A stretch of DNA of 63,941 nt, filler included, from Diploschistes diacapsis (lineage: Eukaryota): NCBI GenBank assembly GCA_023645945.1. It is 4 parts of 4 records of this genome, joined end to end, with 100 filler letters (N's around TTAATTAATTAA, not from the genome) between each part and the next. Parts side by side here need not be neighbours in the genome. Positions count along the whole stretch, not along the records: positions 48,389 to 63,941 come from JALAIB010000545.1; 3 more parts are not named here. The stretch is one strand, 5' to 3'. The translations under genes were made by a program, and so were the position numbers. This document shows positions 48,389-61,953 of this stretch, in pieces; positions within the stretch are counted from its first letter, which is position 1, and the number at the start of each line of letters is the position of its first letter. A model generated the notes under the pieces. It saw only the letters and a program-made list of their open reading frames with translations. It had not been told where the DNA came from and did no database searches.

Positions 48389-49231
48389 ATACGGAAGGGG
48401 ACGAGGGAGGAGACGGAGGAGGAAGCGAAGACGGGCACGGCAAGGACGAGGACGAGCAGCTGAAGCAGGGGCTGAAGCTGAGCAGGGAGTTGCACGGCAG
48501 AGACGGAGATGGAGGGCAGAGGAAGCTGGCGCTGCGGATGAACAGGGAGTGGCGGGATCTGCACGGAGGGGCGGATGGGAAGGGGCCGTTTATGAGCGGA
48601 GCGCTGTAGGGTGCGAAAGGTTGGGGCGGACCGACCGATGGAGGAGGGATATTTTATGGAGGAAGTGCTCCTGTTGGCGTTTGGTTGCTCGGGGAGGACG
48701 GGGTATAGGGAGGTGTTTTGGGAGAGGGTTTGCTTGGCAGCATGTTATTGGACTTGCGCGAATACTACTGGCTGTGATTTGGTTTGTGGACCAGCTCTCT
48801 CGAGTCCTGCGTATATTGTCAGCACAGACATGCATGGATGCAATGCACAGGTTCGAGTTTCGGTATCATATTATCATCTGCCTCTGCTGTTGTCAGTGCC
48901 AAGGTCCACTATCTAGAGTGTCACCACTTAAGCCATTTTAGACAACAGCGCATGCTCTCTCCCACAAGTGATGAAGAACAAGATGCCCCCATCTCATGCG
49001 ACAAGTTAGGTTCCTCTACCTCCCTCCTCGTCTCCAGCCCAACATGTTGTGAAGCATGTCGAATGATGGCACGAACAAAGCTCATAGCTATCTCCTCCTT
49101 TCTTTGCACCGACGGGATACCCTGAATGTGAGCGTAAGCTTGATGCGTGAGTCTAGTGGATTGAGATGAGTGTTAGGTATGGTTTCGTGAAATGAATATC
49201 CGTAGCAGCCCAGCGCGGGTGGCAAATTGAT

Positions 49232-51307
49232 TTACCAACCCCAACGACGATTGTACTCCTCGCGCGGCCACTGGCCTGTTGGATCTTCGAACACGCTGCT
49301 CCTTCCATCGTGCTGCACCGCACGGTATCGCGGATCACGGCCCACTCGCGGCGGCGGAACGCCCCACCCTTGGCTGAAGAAGCTCTGGTTTCCCTGCGGC
49401 GTATGATCGATGGCCCAGCTCGGCGGGCGTGCAAAGCGATTGAAGTGTCCAGGACGATCTGTCTCGTAAGCCTTCAAATTCGCCAAGACCGGAACAAGCA
49501 GCTGGCGGCATATTGCACCCTCCTCTTCCATGTCGTAGGGAACACGGGTCCCGGAGCCCTCGTCGTAGCGCTCGTCGGAGAAGTTGGCGTCGCGGAGAGC
49601 CTCCTTGTCGGCATCCTTGCGCATGCTGCGCCTGGCGTCGGCTTCGGCCATGAAGGCGTTGATTTCCTGCTTGAAGCGGAGGTTGATGCGGTTGTCGCGG
49701 GTCCACCAGTCGTTGAGCTCCTCCTCCCTGGACTTTTTGATGGGGGAAGAGGGGAAGGAATCCAAACGCGGAGGGGGGAAGTCGATGGGCTCAGGGGTCT
49801 TGGGAGTAGCGAGGCAGCTGTAGTAGGGATTCAAGGTGTCGATGGCGATCGGGACGCGACGGTCTTTCCAGGGAAGGGGCTCGCTGGAGGATAGGAGTTC
49901 CTTGCGGTCGACAGGCTGATCGGTTGCTGGGCCTTCATGTGCCGAGAAGCTTGCTTGGTGGCTTGAGCTCTGGTCGGCAACGTCGTGCAGCTGGCGTTGG
50001 AGAAAAGTCTTTTGCTCTTCGGAAGCTCTGCGGTTGGAAGGAACTTGGTTTTCCAGCCCGGGTGGAGGCCGCACGGTTGCAAAAGTTGGACGGATAGTGT
50101 TTCCCAGGGTCCCTTTGACCGCAGGGTACTGTCTCTGAGGCATAGCTCTCGCGGCATCATCTGGACGACTGTCGAGCGGCCCACCGTAGGAAGCACCGGG
50201 CAATTGACGGGCTGTACCAGGCTGTGAAGCAGGAACGATCGGCGGATGATTAACATCACGCACGCGAAGTTGTGCCGTCAAATCTGCGATCTGCTTCTCT
50301 TGTTCCTGGATCAGCTTTGCCGTCCTTTCCTGATTCCACGCCAAGTTAACAGTATTGGCGAGCACAGGGCCAGGTCCCCGGGACAGACCTGGAAGCACAT
50401 GGCCAGAGAGTGCATCGTTCTCTTTTGAAGCGTTCTTGGCTTCGGTAGGAGCCGGAGATTCCACGTTCCTCTTCAGAACTTCGACAACTTGATCTCTGCC
50501 GTTTTGATGAGGCGCGGCGTAAGGCCAAGACACAGGATGCGCGGTCTCGGATCTGTTGTCAGTCTTCAACATCTCGGCGAACGTTGGCTGTTGGTTTGCT
50601 GAGCCTGCTGCTACGGCATCGTTTCCGTCGCCTCTCTCGTTACCAGGCTGGGCCGTCTTCGCTGCTTCCTTAAGTGCAGCTTCCCTCACCTTCCCCAACT
50701 CGATAGCTTCGGAAGCGCGAGTAGGTGAGACCTCACCGGATTCGGGAAGATTGCTGAGGTCGAGAGGATTCCATTTCTTCTTCGTAGACTTGGATTTGAA
50801 AGTCATGACTTCGTGAGGTATCCAGATGCTATTATCTGCAGACCGAAGTTCCTTGCGTGCCCGAGCTGCCTGTAGTTCGGCTGCTCTGGCTTTGGCAGCG
50901 AAAGTAACACCCACAGGATGAGAAGCTAGGGTCTCACTCTTGACCGAAGAAAATGGGTCGTCTTCAAGCGGAGCGTCAGTCTCAAAAGTGAGAGATGGGT
51001 TTCGAAAAGTCGGTTGAGGCGACTCCGATCCTGTTGGTATAGGGTCTGGTTTGCGTACGACGCGAATGTGGGAGAACTCAGAAGCCCGTGAGCTTTCATC
51101 CGTACCTGGTGCTTTGGAATTCATTTCGAAGGCCTTACTGGTTCTATCCCGCCGCTGCTGCTGCCGCCGCTGCCTTCGATGTCTTTTCGTGTTCCTCTCT
51201 GACGGAGCATTTTGGCTGGCCGGTTGTTGCTGCCCTGCTGGGCTAGAAGCGCGCCTGACAGTCTTCAAATAACCGTGGCTGCTAACGTTACGTGAAATAG
51301 CGGACAT
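49232..51307 (-). CDS. Conserved fungal hypothetical protein, largely disordered with conserved-looking C-terminal motif
   Basis: 691-aa intronless ORF. KKWNPLDL; C-terminal LLVPVLANLKAY...FARPPSWAIDHTPQGNQSFFSQGWGVPPPRVGRDPRY. Confidence 0.75.
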   Translation of the reverse strand: MSAISRNVSSHGYLKTVRRASSPAGQQQPASQNAPSERNTKRHRRQRRQQQRRDRTSKAFEMNSKAPGTDESSRASEFSHIRVVRKPDPIPTGSESPQPTFRNPSLTFETDAPLEDDPFSSVKSETLASHPVGVTFAAKARAAELQAARARKELRSADNSIWIPHEVMTFKSKSTKKKWNPLDLSNLPESGEVSPTRASEAIELGKVREAALKEAAKTAQPGNERGDGNDAVAAGSANQQPTFAEMLKTDNRSETAHPVSWPYAAPHQNGRDQVVEVLKRNVESPAPTEAKNASKENDALSGHVLPGLSRGPGPVLANTVNLAWNQERTAKLIQEQEKQIADLTAQLRVRDVNHPPIVPASQPGTARQLPGASYGGPLDSRPDDAARAMPQRQYPAVKGTLGNTIRPTFATVRPPPGLENQVPSNRRASEEQKTFLQRQLHDVADQSSSHQASFSAHEGPATDQPVDRKELLSSSEPLPWKDRRVPIAIDTLNPYYSCLATPKTPEPIDFPPPRLDSFPSSPIKKSREEELNDWWTRDNRINLRFKQEINAFMAEADARRSMRKDADKEALRDANFSDERYDEGSGTRVPYDMEEEGAICRQLLVPVLANLKAYETDRPGHFNRFARPPSWAIDHTPQGNQSFFSQGWGVPPPRVGRDPRYRAVQHDGRSSVFEDPTGQWPREEYNRRWGW

Positions 51308-52744
51308 TAATTGACGGTTGGGTAGGAAATTGTAAATGATGGATGGATAGTTGGAATGGTAAAGGGATCAAAAAGAGGGAGAGAGCAGCTGGACGATTGA
51401 GTTCTCATTTACCAGTTCATCTTGAACGCAAGTTGGTTGCACTCTACGCAACTTGTGTTTGAAGAAAGGGCTACCTACTACATTGGACATATTGACCCAT
51501 GAGAATCAGGTTAAAATGATCGGCCGTGCAGTGAGGTTGACACAACCCAAGACAGGACAATGAAAGACACAAGTGGGCCATCCATGAATCCTTTTGACGT
51601 TCTCTCTACATCTTGGAGGAAGACATGGTGAGTAAATACTTACACATACATACGTACATGATTTGTACTGGGTGGTAGATATAGTGCTGCTGGCCCAGTG
51701 TTGTTCGGCAAGGCATTAAACAAAGTAGCAGCCTTCGTTTGCATTGCCTTGTCTGTGAATCAAGCGGCATCAAGGTGGTGCTAGCAAACATGACAAATTG
51801 CATTAGTAGAGATGTCGGTTTTCTGTTGTACTGAATAGGTGCTTGATGTGTTGAAGAAGAGGTAGTCAAGGTACATGAGCTTCAACTGTTATAGCAGAAT
51901 AGAATGCAGACGGGTTTAAAGCTTTGAGTTGGTTGTTATCTCCGACGCTGACACGGGATTAACGGGATTAACTATTGCTGTTTTGGGCGATGAAAAACTC
52001 TCTCTAGATATCTAACTTAGATACCTAGATACTTCTCTGGATGTTCTGAGATTAAAACAAGGAAAGGGTATTGAACAACATATAAAAAAGCTTCTAGATA
52101 CATGAAGTAAAGAACAACATCTACAGTTATCGGTGCTTTTAAATGTGTCATTAATAGTCGCTATAGTCTGGTAAACATTTATTTGTCTTCACACACTTCA
52201 CACACGGTCGTTTCGGCATCATATAGTATAATGTAATATATTACTCTTAGAATTCCCTCTAATTCCACCCCAGAAGTTAATCACTATCTGTGCTTATTTT
52301 GGTAGTTTAACAAAGTTGCACTCCGTAATTCGTCAAATAAGCATGATTAACGCTAACTGGTGACAAGTGGCGAGGTTCACCTTCTCCAGGCTTGGCTTCA
52401 CTTGGCGGGCAGCTTCATGATGTGAATGTGATGTGGACTTCAAATCCTGCTAACTAGTCTCCAGCCAGTGCTACTCTAGGACATGAGAGAGGACTGCACA
52501 CGATTCCACACTGCATCATTACACAGACACTTTCTTTGGAATCCCTAAGCCTATGCTCACCTAGACCATTTATGACAAGTCATTTGCTGCTTGTTCTCTG
52601 CTGCTTCCCGGTCGCATGATTGGCTTGTCCGACTGATCCACCCCATGGTCGCCTCCCTCTCTCGTTACCCGGCTGCGCGCTGATACATCTTCCATACACA
52701 AAACATTACATTGCTATTGCAATCCGCAACCCAGGGCCGACAAG

Positions 52745-55479
52745 ATGCGGCCGCTTCGACTACTCCTGTCGGTGTGCTTCCTGTTCCTAACAGTCTTCCT
52801 CACCTGTTACTCGCTCTTACAATCACATCCCCCCCGAAGCAGTCATGGCGCTACCAGGGACTCAGAACAGAACGGGTACAGGTCTCTTCTGGCCTTTCGT
52901 GCACCGACCTCGCTATTCCCACCTTCCGCCATCATCTCGCTTACCGACGACAACACCACCTTCTTCCTCTCCAGGCCTGCTATGTATGGTCCAGGTTTGC
53001 CGGCAGATGGCCTTAGTGGGCAGCTATGGGTAGGGTCTGGCTTTGGAGACGACACACTGGTCAGGGGCGGAATGGTCTCCAGTGCGCAAGGCGAGCTTGG
53101 CTGTAGCGATATACCTGGTTGGACACAGCGCGGCGACCAAACTACTGCGGAAAGCTTACAGGAGAGGCAAGGCAAGGCCGGCTCGAAGCCCGGTTCGGGA
53201 GACACGGATCGGACGGGTCATGTGGAACAAAAGAAAATTCACACCGTTGAAGGGGGTGTGAGACCAGAAGAAGAAGATGGCACGGACGAGCATTTGCACT
53301 ATCCACTTCGTGGACTTGCCTTGCTAAAGGGCAAGAAGGCAACCGCCGACCAGCCCTCCGATGCCCAGAACGCTCCCGAACATGCCGATATTCAGGCCCT
53401 ACAAGAGAGTGCAGAGATACTAGGGAAGGTCGTTCTTCTCAGCAGAGGGGGTTGTGGATTCCTGGAGAAAACAAAGTGGGTGCAAAGACGTGGCGGCATT
53501 GCCCTTATCGTTGGCGATTATAATCGAGGTGGTCAGCTTATTAACATGTTCGCTCACGGTGATACTTCGAATGTCACTATCCCTTCAATATTCACGGCAC
53601 ATACGTCAGCCCACCTTTTGTCTTCCTTGGTTCCTCCTGAAGGCGACAACTTCAATGATGGTAAAGGAAAAGCTGTGGACGGGCAGGAGGGTGGAAGAAA
53701 GGCTGGCAAGAAGATCTCTGCGGAGAAGCCCACTTTCACTCCAGAGCCTGCGCTTCCAAAGAGCACCAGCCTTCCAAATCAGGGCTCGTCGTCTTCAAGC
53801 AGCCAATCCACAAAGGGCAAACCTCCAAGCAAGAGTTCATCGAAGGATGCCGGTTGGTTCACCTCTTTGGCTATGAAGCTTGGAATTGGGAAGCGGGATG
53901 AGAAATCCTTGCATGCCGAAAGTAGAAGGCCCCCCAGCAGCGGAAGGATTAGCTGGATCAAGAGTGACGATTGGGACGATGATCCAAAGAGCGGCAAGTT
54001 CAAAGCCAAGAAAGCCATGAACACCGTCGATCCTACGAAAGAGCCTAAGCAGGTTGGTCAGTCGGAAAACAAAGATGAATTCGTCATTGGGGTTCATGAC
54101 TGGCGTGATCCCGATCTGGTTGGCCAGGTCAGCAGTGGCGATGCCACTGTTACCTACTCGGTCGCAAGCACTACGTCGACCAGTGCTGTCACGCAAGCAA
54201 CTGGCCACAAGAATCTCCCAGGAGGAAGCAGAGCACCAGGGAGCGGTGTTTATGGGTACCTTGACCTCGAAAATAACCTTAAGCATGTCGAGGACAACTC
54301 GTTTCCTCGTCAGCAACTGGCAGCCAAGGCCGCACCCAAAGCCGAAGAGAGCTGGTTCAAGAGATGGTTCCGGGGATCGAAACAAGGCGAAGATCCTGCC
54401 AAGGCCAATAAGAAAGCTCGGGATGCGTACAAGAAGGGAATTGCCTCGCACTTTGTCCAAGATCAAGAATTCGAAGACGAAGATTCGCATGCACCAGTGG
54501 AGCACAGGGGCCTTTGGGTTACCATGACCCCAACCAGTATTTCAACCAGTCCCTTCTTCGATACGCTTCTGGTTCTAGTTGTCAGTCCCTTGGTAACTCT
54601 AACCGTTGTGTATGCCCTTCTCCTTCTTCGATCTAGGATTCGTCGTCGCCGGTGGAGAGCACCTCGGTCTGTTGTTGATCGTCTGCCAGTCAGGACATAC
54701 CATACCATGTCCTGCTCATCCAGCTCCACCTCCTCCGAGACCTCTTCGCCACACCATTCATCTCCAACCTCGCCCCTACTGCAGTCAGGTTCGAGGGCCG
54801 GCCTTTCAAGGACGAGGCCCCGATCGAGAACGCTGTCCACCATCCAACAAGGCATGGCGCGTGAGGATGCCGCTGCTTCTCTAGAAAGGGCAACGGCCAA
54901 TCTCTCGTCCTCCAGTGGCGAGAAGAGTGCTTTCAAGCGAAAGTATAGCAGGAAACAGATCGAGTGCGTTGTGTGCCTAGAAGAATACGTAGACGGCCAG
55001 AGCCAGGTGATGAGCTTACCATGTGGCCATGAGTTCCATGCCGAGTGCATGTAAGTGTTATCCCTAAAAACCCCTTCAACGTGATCTAACACGATCGCAG
55101 AACCCCGTGGCTGACGACTCGCCGACGAACCTGTCCGATCTGCAAAGGTGATGTTGTCCGTTCGATGAACAGAGTTTCGTCGAGTACCAGCTTGACGTCC
55201 ATCGAACCGCATCCAAACAATTCCAGGGCTACTTCAGACGATATCCAAGTCGAGGCAGTCATGACGCGCAATGAGTCACCCTCGGCCGCCATCCCGATCC
55301 CCGGAAACCCTGGATCCGAGCCCGGAGAGCACTCAGACGACCTCGCAGCAACGCTGGTCAACGACAGGCCAAGCGTGTTCTCGCCCGGCAGAGGCTGGCG
55401 GACAATTGCGTCACGGAGCATCCCAGGGCTGAGTCGGGACTCCCCGGCTCAATCTTCGCCGGACGATCGAAGCAGATAG
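52745..55479 (+). CDS. PA-domain / transmembrane / RING-H2 E3 ubiquitin ligase
   Basis: N-terminal hydrophobic segment; PA motif GKVVLLSRGGCGFLEKTKWVQRRGGIALIVGD; TM TLLVLVVSPLVTLTVVYALLLL; RING-H2 CVVCLEEY...LPCGHEFHAEC / TPWLTTRRRTCPICK across intron ~55050-55100. Confidence 0.92.
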
Positions 55480-56298
55480 CGTTACGTTTTCAATCATGTG
55501 TTCATGGTACGGAGCAATGGGGGGGTTTTAAGATATGAATTCGGGTTGTACCGGGAGTTCAAGGAATGGAAAGGAAAGGAAGGTGATTTGCATTGCCCTT
55601 GGCGTAGTAGAGGTAGCATACAGGGACTATACCCGGTCGTTTTTTGTTTGTTTACAGGGGCGCTTTTAGCCTGGCATTGTGATTTGGTGTAACGAGCAGA
55701 TCTCTATCAAACTATTTTGAAGCAACTATTGAATCATTGGGGACTTGCCCACCGTTACATGGTATTTTTGCAGCATGTTGACTGGATGCCGTACGAGAGG
55801 GGCGCTGCCAAGACATTCCGCCAGAAGTCCCATGTTGGGTCTTCTTGGTAGATACACGTACGTTCCAACGTATCATCATCCTTTTGTTCTGACGACCAAG
55901 TTCTCAGCAGAACTTTTTCGGGGTACAATGAACTGAAGGCTTCGGCTACTTGAGATTTGAGATGAGCAATGTATCTGACTTCTTATTAATGATACAGGCT
56001 TTGCGCGTGCAGCGACGGCACATTAAAGACGTGCACGTGTACTGAAAGGAAAAGAACGTGATCGGATTCGAGAATTGCTCCAAGAGCCCATACATTCATA
56101 GCCAACATGCAATGGATAATCGTTCTGTATCGCGCTTGCAGCGACTCGTTCCCCAAGAGAACTGCACGGCTCTGAGTTGGGGCGAAGTGGCGACAACCGA
56201 GGCTGAGCCGCACACAAAGGGACAACATTGCTTCAAAATTCAACACAGTAATCATTGTTATTTTGTCGTTTACTCATATACGCCTCTCGTTTTGAGCA

Positions 56299-58140
56299 AT
56301 GGGTCTTTTCTTCATTATCGGCAACAGCAACGGCGCCCCCTCAGGACGTGGTACCTGGGATATCCTTTCGTCTTGCATCATCACTCTAGGCCTTTGCGCC
56401 TGCAGTGCCGTCCACCTCAACCTTCCAAGCCCAGAATTGGGCCTTTTGACCGAAAGCAGGCATGAAAATGAAGTGGCTGTTGATGGCGCCTCTGGCACCA
56501 GAATTCGTGGTTTACAACGCATGGGGACATCACCGGAAAGCACAAGACGTTCTCAGACAATTGCGAGAGCATCCCAACCAAAGCCATCCTAAGACACTCT
56601 TTGAGAAGCTTCTAAACGGGGATGTAGCAAGCAGAGTAGGGGGCTTACTTCTCTTCCAACGAACATCTCTCCAAGGTGCTTATTCAGTCTCTGAAATGTC
56701 TTTCCCCTTTAACAAACTATAATGTGACTGCGGGCACTCAATCTGCCTTTCAATATTTTGGTACCTCGACAACCCTCCTTTGGAAGTGGATCCGATACAG
56801 CACTTATCAATACAGTGCATGCACTTCATAGGACCTTACTCTCACTTGCGCCGTTTTGTGCGTTGGCTTCTACTTCACGGTTTCACTAGCAAATGGCCAG
56901 AATACTGCCAAGGAGCCGGTTGACGAACCCTGGACTTGATGCATGGCTTCTATTTCATTATGGGCGGTTATTGCTTCGACATGACCCAATCAGGCCAACA
57001 GCGGCTTCCATTTATGCTAGATAACTTTGGCGTCCTGATTCCTTATCTGTCGATAAAGGAAATTTCAGGTAAGAGTAGAGCAAATTACCTTGCCAAAGGC
57101 ATAATTTGCGTGCAGGCTATCTGGTTCTGCGCTCGGCTCTTCGGTAGGATTAGTCAATGGCTATCCGTTACCATTCTAAAGCTAATTACTTTTGCGCACT
57201 CGATATGTGCGCTCCTGATTTATCTGCTCTAGTGGAATAAGCCCTTGGATGTCGAGGAGCCTACGATAATCGAGACTGAACGCTCCAAGGCAACCAGAAA
57301 CCTTTCTGCCGCGCTTTTCGCTTACAACTGCGAAGCGATATCCCGGCTTCTTCGACGTTGGCAATACGTTCTCAACCATGACAAGGAAGAAAGTTTTGTT
57401 TACTTTGGGAATTGACGTTAGAAATTGAGCTTATCTGCAAGAATGAAAATGTGCACTCCTTCGCTACCCCGGCCAAGATACGTAGCATCTACACAACCGA
57501 TGGTATGGGGCGAACAGAGCTAAAAAGACTCCCTTACAAACACTTACTTAGAGCCGAACATGACTGTTCGATCTCATCGCAAAATCCTTCAATAGTTCGC
57601 CTCCACGCTGGCGAGCTGATACCTGGAATTCGATTTCGCACCAGTAAAGTTGTCCAAACGCTGGAACTCGATGAGCTCAAGCTCACGCGCCTTCAATGTC
57701 TTCAGACCTAGAATCCAGAGGTATTAAATCGCCGAATAGATTCCCAAAATCTGATAGCGAAACGGGAGCCAAATGCCCCAAAGAAAACGGAGCCTGCCCC
57801 AATCTACTCTCGTACAAGGTTATCTGGAATATGCAGCACTCTCACTTCCCGGACTCTTCTATGGTGGTTTGCATGTTCTTCCATGGGACTCGATCCATCT
57901 TCGGGAGCAGAGAGCACAATCGTTTTTCTGGAATATTCCCCGCCTCTCTATTCTCTGCAACTGGACCGCTCCTTGTTGCCTTCCTACATAATCAACGGGA
58001 AATCGGAGAGCCCGGAAGCTGATCCAACCCATATTTACCTGGCATAAAATAGTCTATCTGCTGCCATCCTGACTACGGCAAGTGTTTCCAGCTTTGTTAT
58101 TCCCTCGCGGATCTATATAATCGTGCGGGCCCTTTCCTAA
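56299..58140 (+). pseudogene. Uncharacterised fungal multi-pass membrane protein, pseudogene
   Basis: RGTWDILSSCIITLGLC...HLNLP; (frameshift) KWLLMAPLAPE; WTLMHGFYFIMGG; EISGKSRANYLAKGIICVQAIWF; YLL*WNKPLDV; LFYGGLHVLPW. Pieces lie in different frames. Confidence 0.7.
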
Positions 58141-59008
58141 GCCTCCCTCCCCCCCGTACGCGCCGCGGGACCCCCTGCAGTACACATACCAACCCCAGAC
58201 TGAAAGTCCTCGCTGGCCGCAATATTTCCCCGAAAACACACGTCTCACAACGTCCGAGTGGTTGGGCTTCGGCCATAAACGATAAACGACCGAGATACAA
58301 TGACATCGAGTGGAGAAAAATCAAAAGGGGGCCCTCGCCCTCCCTACCAGCAGCAACCTTTGTTCAAAAAAGGCGGTCGCCCATGTATTGCCCCGAAAAT
58401 TGCCAAGTTGGAACCCAACCCACCTTGGGCCATGGCGAATGTGAGCAAGGAAATCGGGTCTGCTTGCGTCCTTTTTTTTTTTTTTTGGAAACTTATGTTA
58501 TCATTTGCAATTATGGCACATGGGCGTCTGACGATCTGTTGGACAGGAGCGTTTTCAAAGTTTGGCGCAGCAGCAGGATCCGGTTGGGCCTGTTCCAGGG
58601 TCGTTTGTTGTCGAAACAAATCCGTTTTTCCTCAACGACTTCGGGTTGTATATCGAACCGCGATCTACCATCTATCTTCAATGAAACAGTCGTATAAGAA
58701 ACTCACCTCTGGCACTCCTTGATACGGGGAGAATATGGTGAAGAATCTTGATCTCGCTGCTCCTTGGTTCTCATTCTCTCAATTATTTTATCAGATTCAA
58801 GTTTGTTTCTTTTCAAGAATTCGTTTCTATACATTCTGATAACTGTTGGTAGATTCTCATCCTAACTGCCTAGTAGTTCATCGCCATCTACGGGGAAGGG
58901 TCCTAGTCTCCCTGTTTTATATAAGAAAGCTCTCCCACTCTGTTTCTATCGGAAACCCTAGTCTGTTCTCACGCCAATGTCCCTATATGAAAGCCACTGC
59001 AGGCATAT

Positions 59009-60641
59009 TCACCACGACACCGCCCTCCACACGCTGTGCAGAGCATATCCAAAATTCTCTCGGATGTAGAAGAAACCAAGCAGCAGCTCCTCAAGCTCTT
59101 CCAACGTCTGGGTGCATGACGCTCGCACCGCGTTTCTGATGTGGCCGACGAACCAACCCCATTCGTCCTGCCATCGAGATATGAAGGCGCCAATGAACAG
59201 CACCCATAAAAGAAGATCGGAGTTTGAATTCCACATCGACAACAGATCCGTGTTCCCCAGCGCCTCCTTTATCTGCCCAGCCATTGCTCTTGCAAACGCG
59301 CACAAGGGCTTCATCATGAGAACCGTTGGCTGCGCGAATACGAACAGCGTGAGCCTTACGGCATCCTGTTGTGGCGTGAGTGAAGGTTTACCCGGGTCAA
59401 ATGGTAACGAGAGGAGCTGGTGCTCGAGTGCGATTCCCTGAGCATAAGCCTGTTGTATCTGTTCGAGCGGTGGATCGGAGGAACCTTGAGAGTGCAGTAG
59501 GGTGAACAGGGTGCACTGTCGTTGAGAATCCACCAGCTGCAACAGATCTGTACCAAGTAGGGCTACGACGGACGGCCGGAAGAAACTGCAGCCTGGCACT
59601 TCGACCCCATTGGAGGGTGGTTAAGGAGTTTTCGGAGTGGCTGCAATGAGACAATTTCAGGGTGCCAATTTCTTGGAGAGAGCTTGGGACACGCGCGAAG
59701 CATGGCCGCACCGAGGAGGGAGGAGCTGAAAATGGTCGCCACGAATGGTAGAGGGCAGTCATCTAGGGCCCCTGACCTGGCGAGAAGCTTTTGCAGACCG
59801 GCAAGATGCGTCTCCATGTCAAGCAAGCCGCCTTGTATACACTGCAAAAAGCGCATGAATAAGTCAAATTTCCACCAACAAGAGAGCAGGGAGCTTACCT
59901 CGACCCATAGAAGCAGGGAAATGGCATATAGGCTCGATGCGCCAAGGGTTTGTGATTTCAAGAGGGCTTGATTGAGAGCCTGGATGGTCTGGCCTTTGAA
60001 ATACAGCGTACTTAGTCGGTGTTTTAAGTCTTCGCTTTCGGTGTATAATGCTGCGGATGCTGTGCACAAAATGGCGCTAAGGAGTATTGAGTCCTGCAGA
60101 GTAAGCGAAATAGTATGGTGACGCGCTACGACCGCCAACGATTTGATCGGGTAGACCTTGGCTGCGAGTGAGCTATTGTCTTCCATACAGATGAGTTCCT
60201 GAGCACGTCCCAGCGGTTGCGTGACGGCTTACAAAAATGAAGCAGAAGATCCAGGTACATGTTCATGGGTATGGGTAAGCCCGGAAAAGGTAATATGGTG
60301 ACGTTCTGTAAGGGCGTGTTGAAGGTGAGGGAGGCTGCGAGGCTAATGCTAGAAGCGTAAGTTTGGTATGCTCCGACGAGCTTGGCCCGTTTAAGTGCTT
60401 GGTCGTCTTTAGAGAGCCCGTTCGACATGCAGAATCCTCTGCTGGCGAAGAGGAGTAGGCTAGAACGAAAGTCCCTTGTGACTAGTCAGTGATGATCAAT
60501 TTCTGGTGGGGAAAGACTACCGGCAGAACTCCGCTGGGCATGACTGTATATCCTCGAACGCTCTTTGCCGTCGTCGGAACGAGAGAGTTGCTTCGACTTT
60601 GCAGTCTTGTTGACAAAGAGGATGCGTTGAAGACTTGTCAT
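59009..60641 (-). CDS. Fungal transcription-factor-domain-like protein without Zn cluster (DUF3468/Fungal_trans_2-like); possible frameshift near 59600
   Basis: N-term MTSLQRILFVNKT...ERSRIYSHAQR; DSILLSAILCTAS...YFKGQTIQALNQAL; HLAGLQKLLARSG; LLLWVLFIGA...WF...LEELLLGFFY. Introns ~60482-60520, ~60190-60233 and ~59843-59899. The frame changes near 59600 with no obvious intron. Confidence 0.6.
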
Positions 60642-60981
60642 GATTGTACAATTATACAGCTCTAGTGATCATTACATTGACTGATGCCGCAGAAAGCGAT
60701 GGATCGGGAGATAGGCTAAGGGTTGGTCCTGGGTACTTCAGCACCTGCTTTCAATGCCGGCGGTATAACATTGAAAACTATGGGAAGCCAACCACAAGCA
60801 GTGATAGGCCCGGACATTGTATGTTATAGACAAGTCTGTATGATATGATATGTGTCCAGAGAGCTCCCTCCTGAAAGAAACTTGGAGTTGGTGAATTTTG
60901 AACTGTGCAAAAGGCCAGACGCTAAACCCCATACAGACATCTTGGCATGAGCCTCTTTAGGCTAGCCCGATGCAGTAGTCG

Positions 60982-61021
60982 CACATACACACACACACAC
61001 ACACTCTCTCTCTCTCTCTCC
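60982..61021 (+). repeat. Compound (AC)n(TC)n microsatellite
   Basis: Read directly: CACATACACACACACACACACACTCTCTCTCTCTCTCTC. Confidence 0.9.
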
Positions 61022-61953
61022 ACGTTCAAGACAGCGGTCTATCTCAGTCTCGATTGCATCATTTGCCAAAAAAAGGTGTTTCTCGAACATGTCTCTATTA
61101 GAAGATATTCACGACTGGCTTTCAACGTGCTTCTTGTCGCCTCTGTCGTGCGTCTACTTTCATTGAAATCAACAGTTAACAACATGATAATACGTCATGA
61201 TACAGAACGCTAAGAAAGCCCTAGAGGCTTTTCAACGCGCCACAATTGGCTGCCACGCAAACTCAAATGACGCTTTGAAGCCAGTCTATTGCTTCAAAAC
61301 AGATCTGAATATGTCTTCAAAAACAAGTATCTGGTCAATTCGCGGGTTATAGTGCAGTGCAAAGCTACTATATACTATGCATGCCGTGCCCGGCTGGTTA
61401 TGCTATTACAGAAATACCTGACAAGTTCCCATGCGTCTTCCCGGCCTACATTCCACACACGTCGTTCTCCCGCGGTCTCCAGCGTCTCGAACAAACATTC
61501 GTTTGCAATCTGCGAGGGTTTCAGCAGCACCATTTCCAAGAAGCTATACGAAGGATTAAGGTGGTACTTGCCCACTTGTCATAATTCTTTTCAGCTGCCC
61601 TAGTGAGCTTACGCACTCCCGCCTACTCCGCCACGCATTGAATTTCAACCTCATCTAGGACTTGGACATTGAAGGGTATATATTGGAGATCCGTTAGTTT
61701 CACTCGGCCTTTCTTCTCCGGTCAATGCCAACGGAGCGATTTACCAACCTTTACTGCATGCTCGAGCTAGCTGATTCCAGTAGTTGCTTCTGCGAACGAA
61801 CGCTATCGCCATCTTTCGCTTGAGCATCAGAGACTCTCTGTTTGGAAGCTCCGAAGACGTACAAATATAAATACTTTCTCGTCGCTCTTCTGTACTTGCT
61901 GGGCAACAATATCGCTTCATCGCATCGTCGCTCTTCTCACTCAATTTCTCAAG

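Noticed and set aside
57225..57255. TAG at a position where the family motif suggests Trp (YLL*WNKPLDV), resembling an A-to-I editable premature stop
   Set aside because: The same gene also has frameshifts, so simple pseudogenisation (G-to-A) explains it better.
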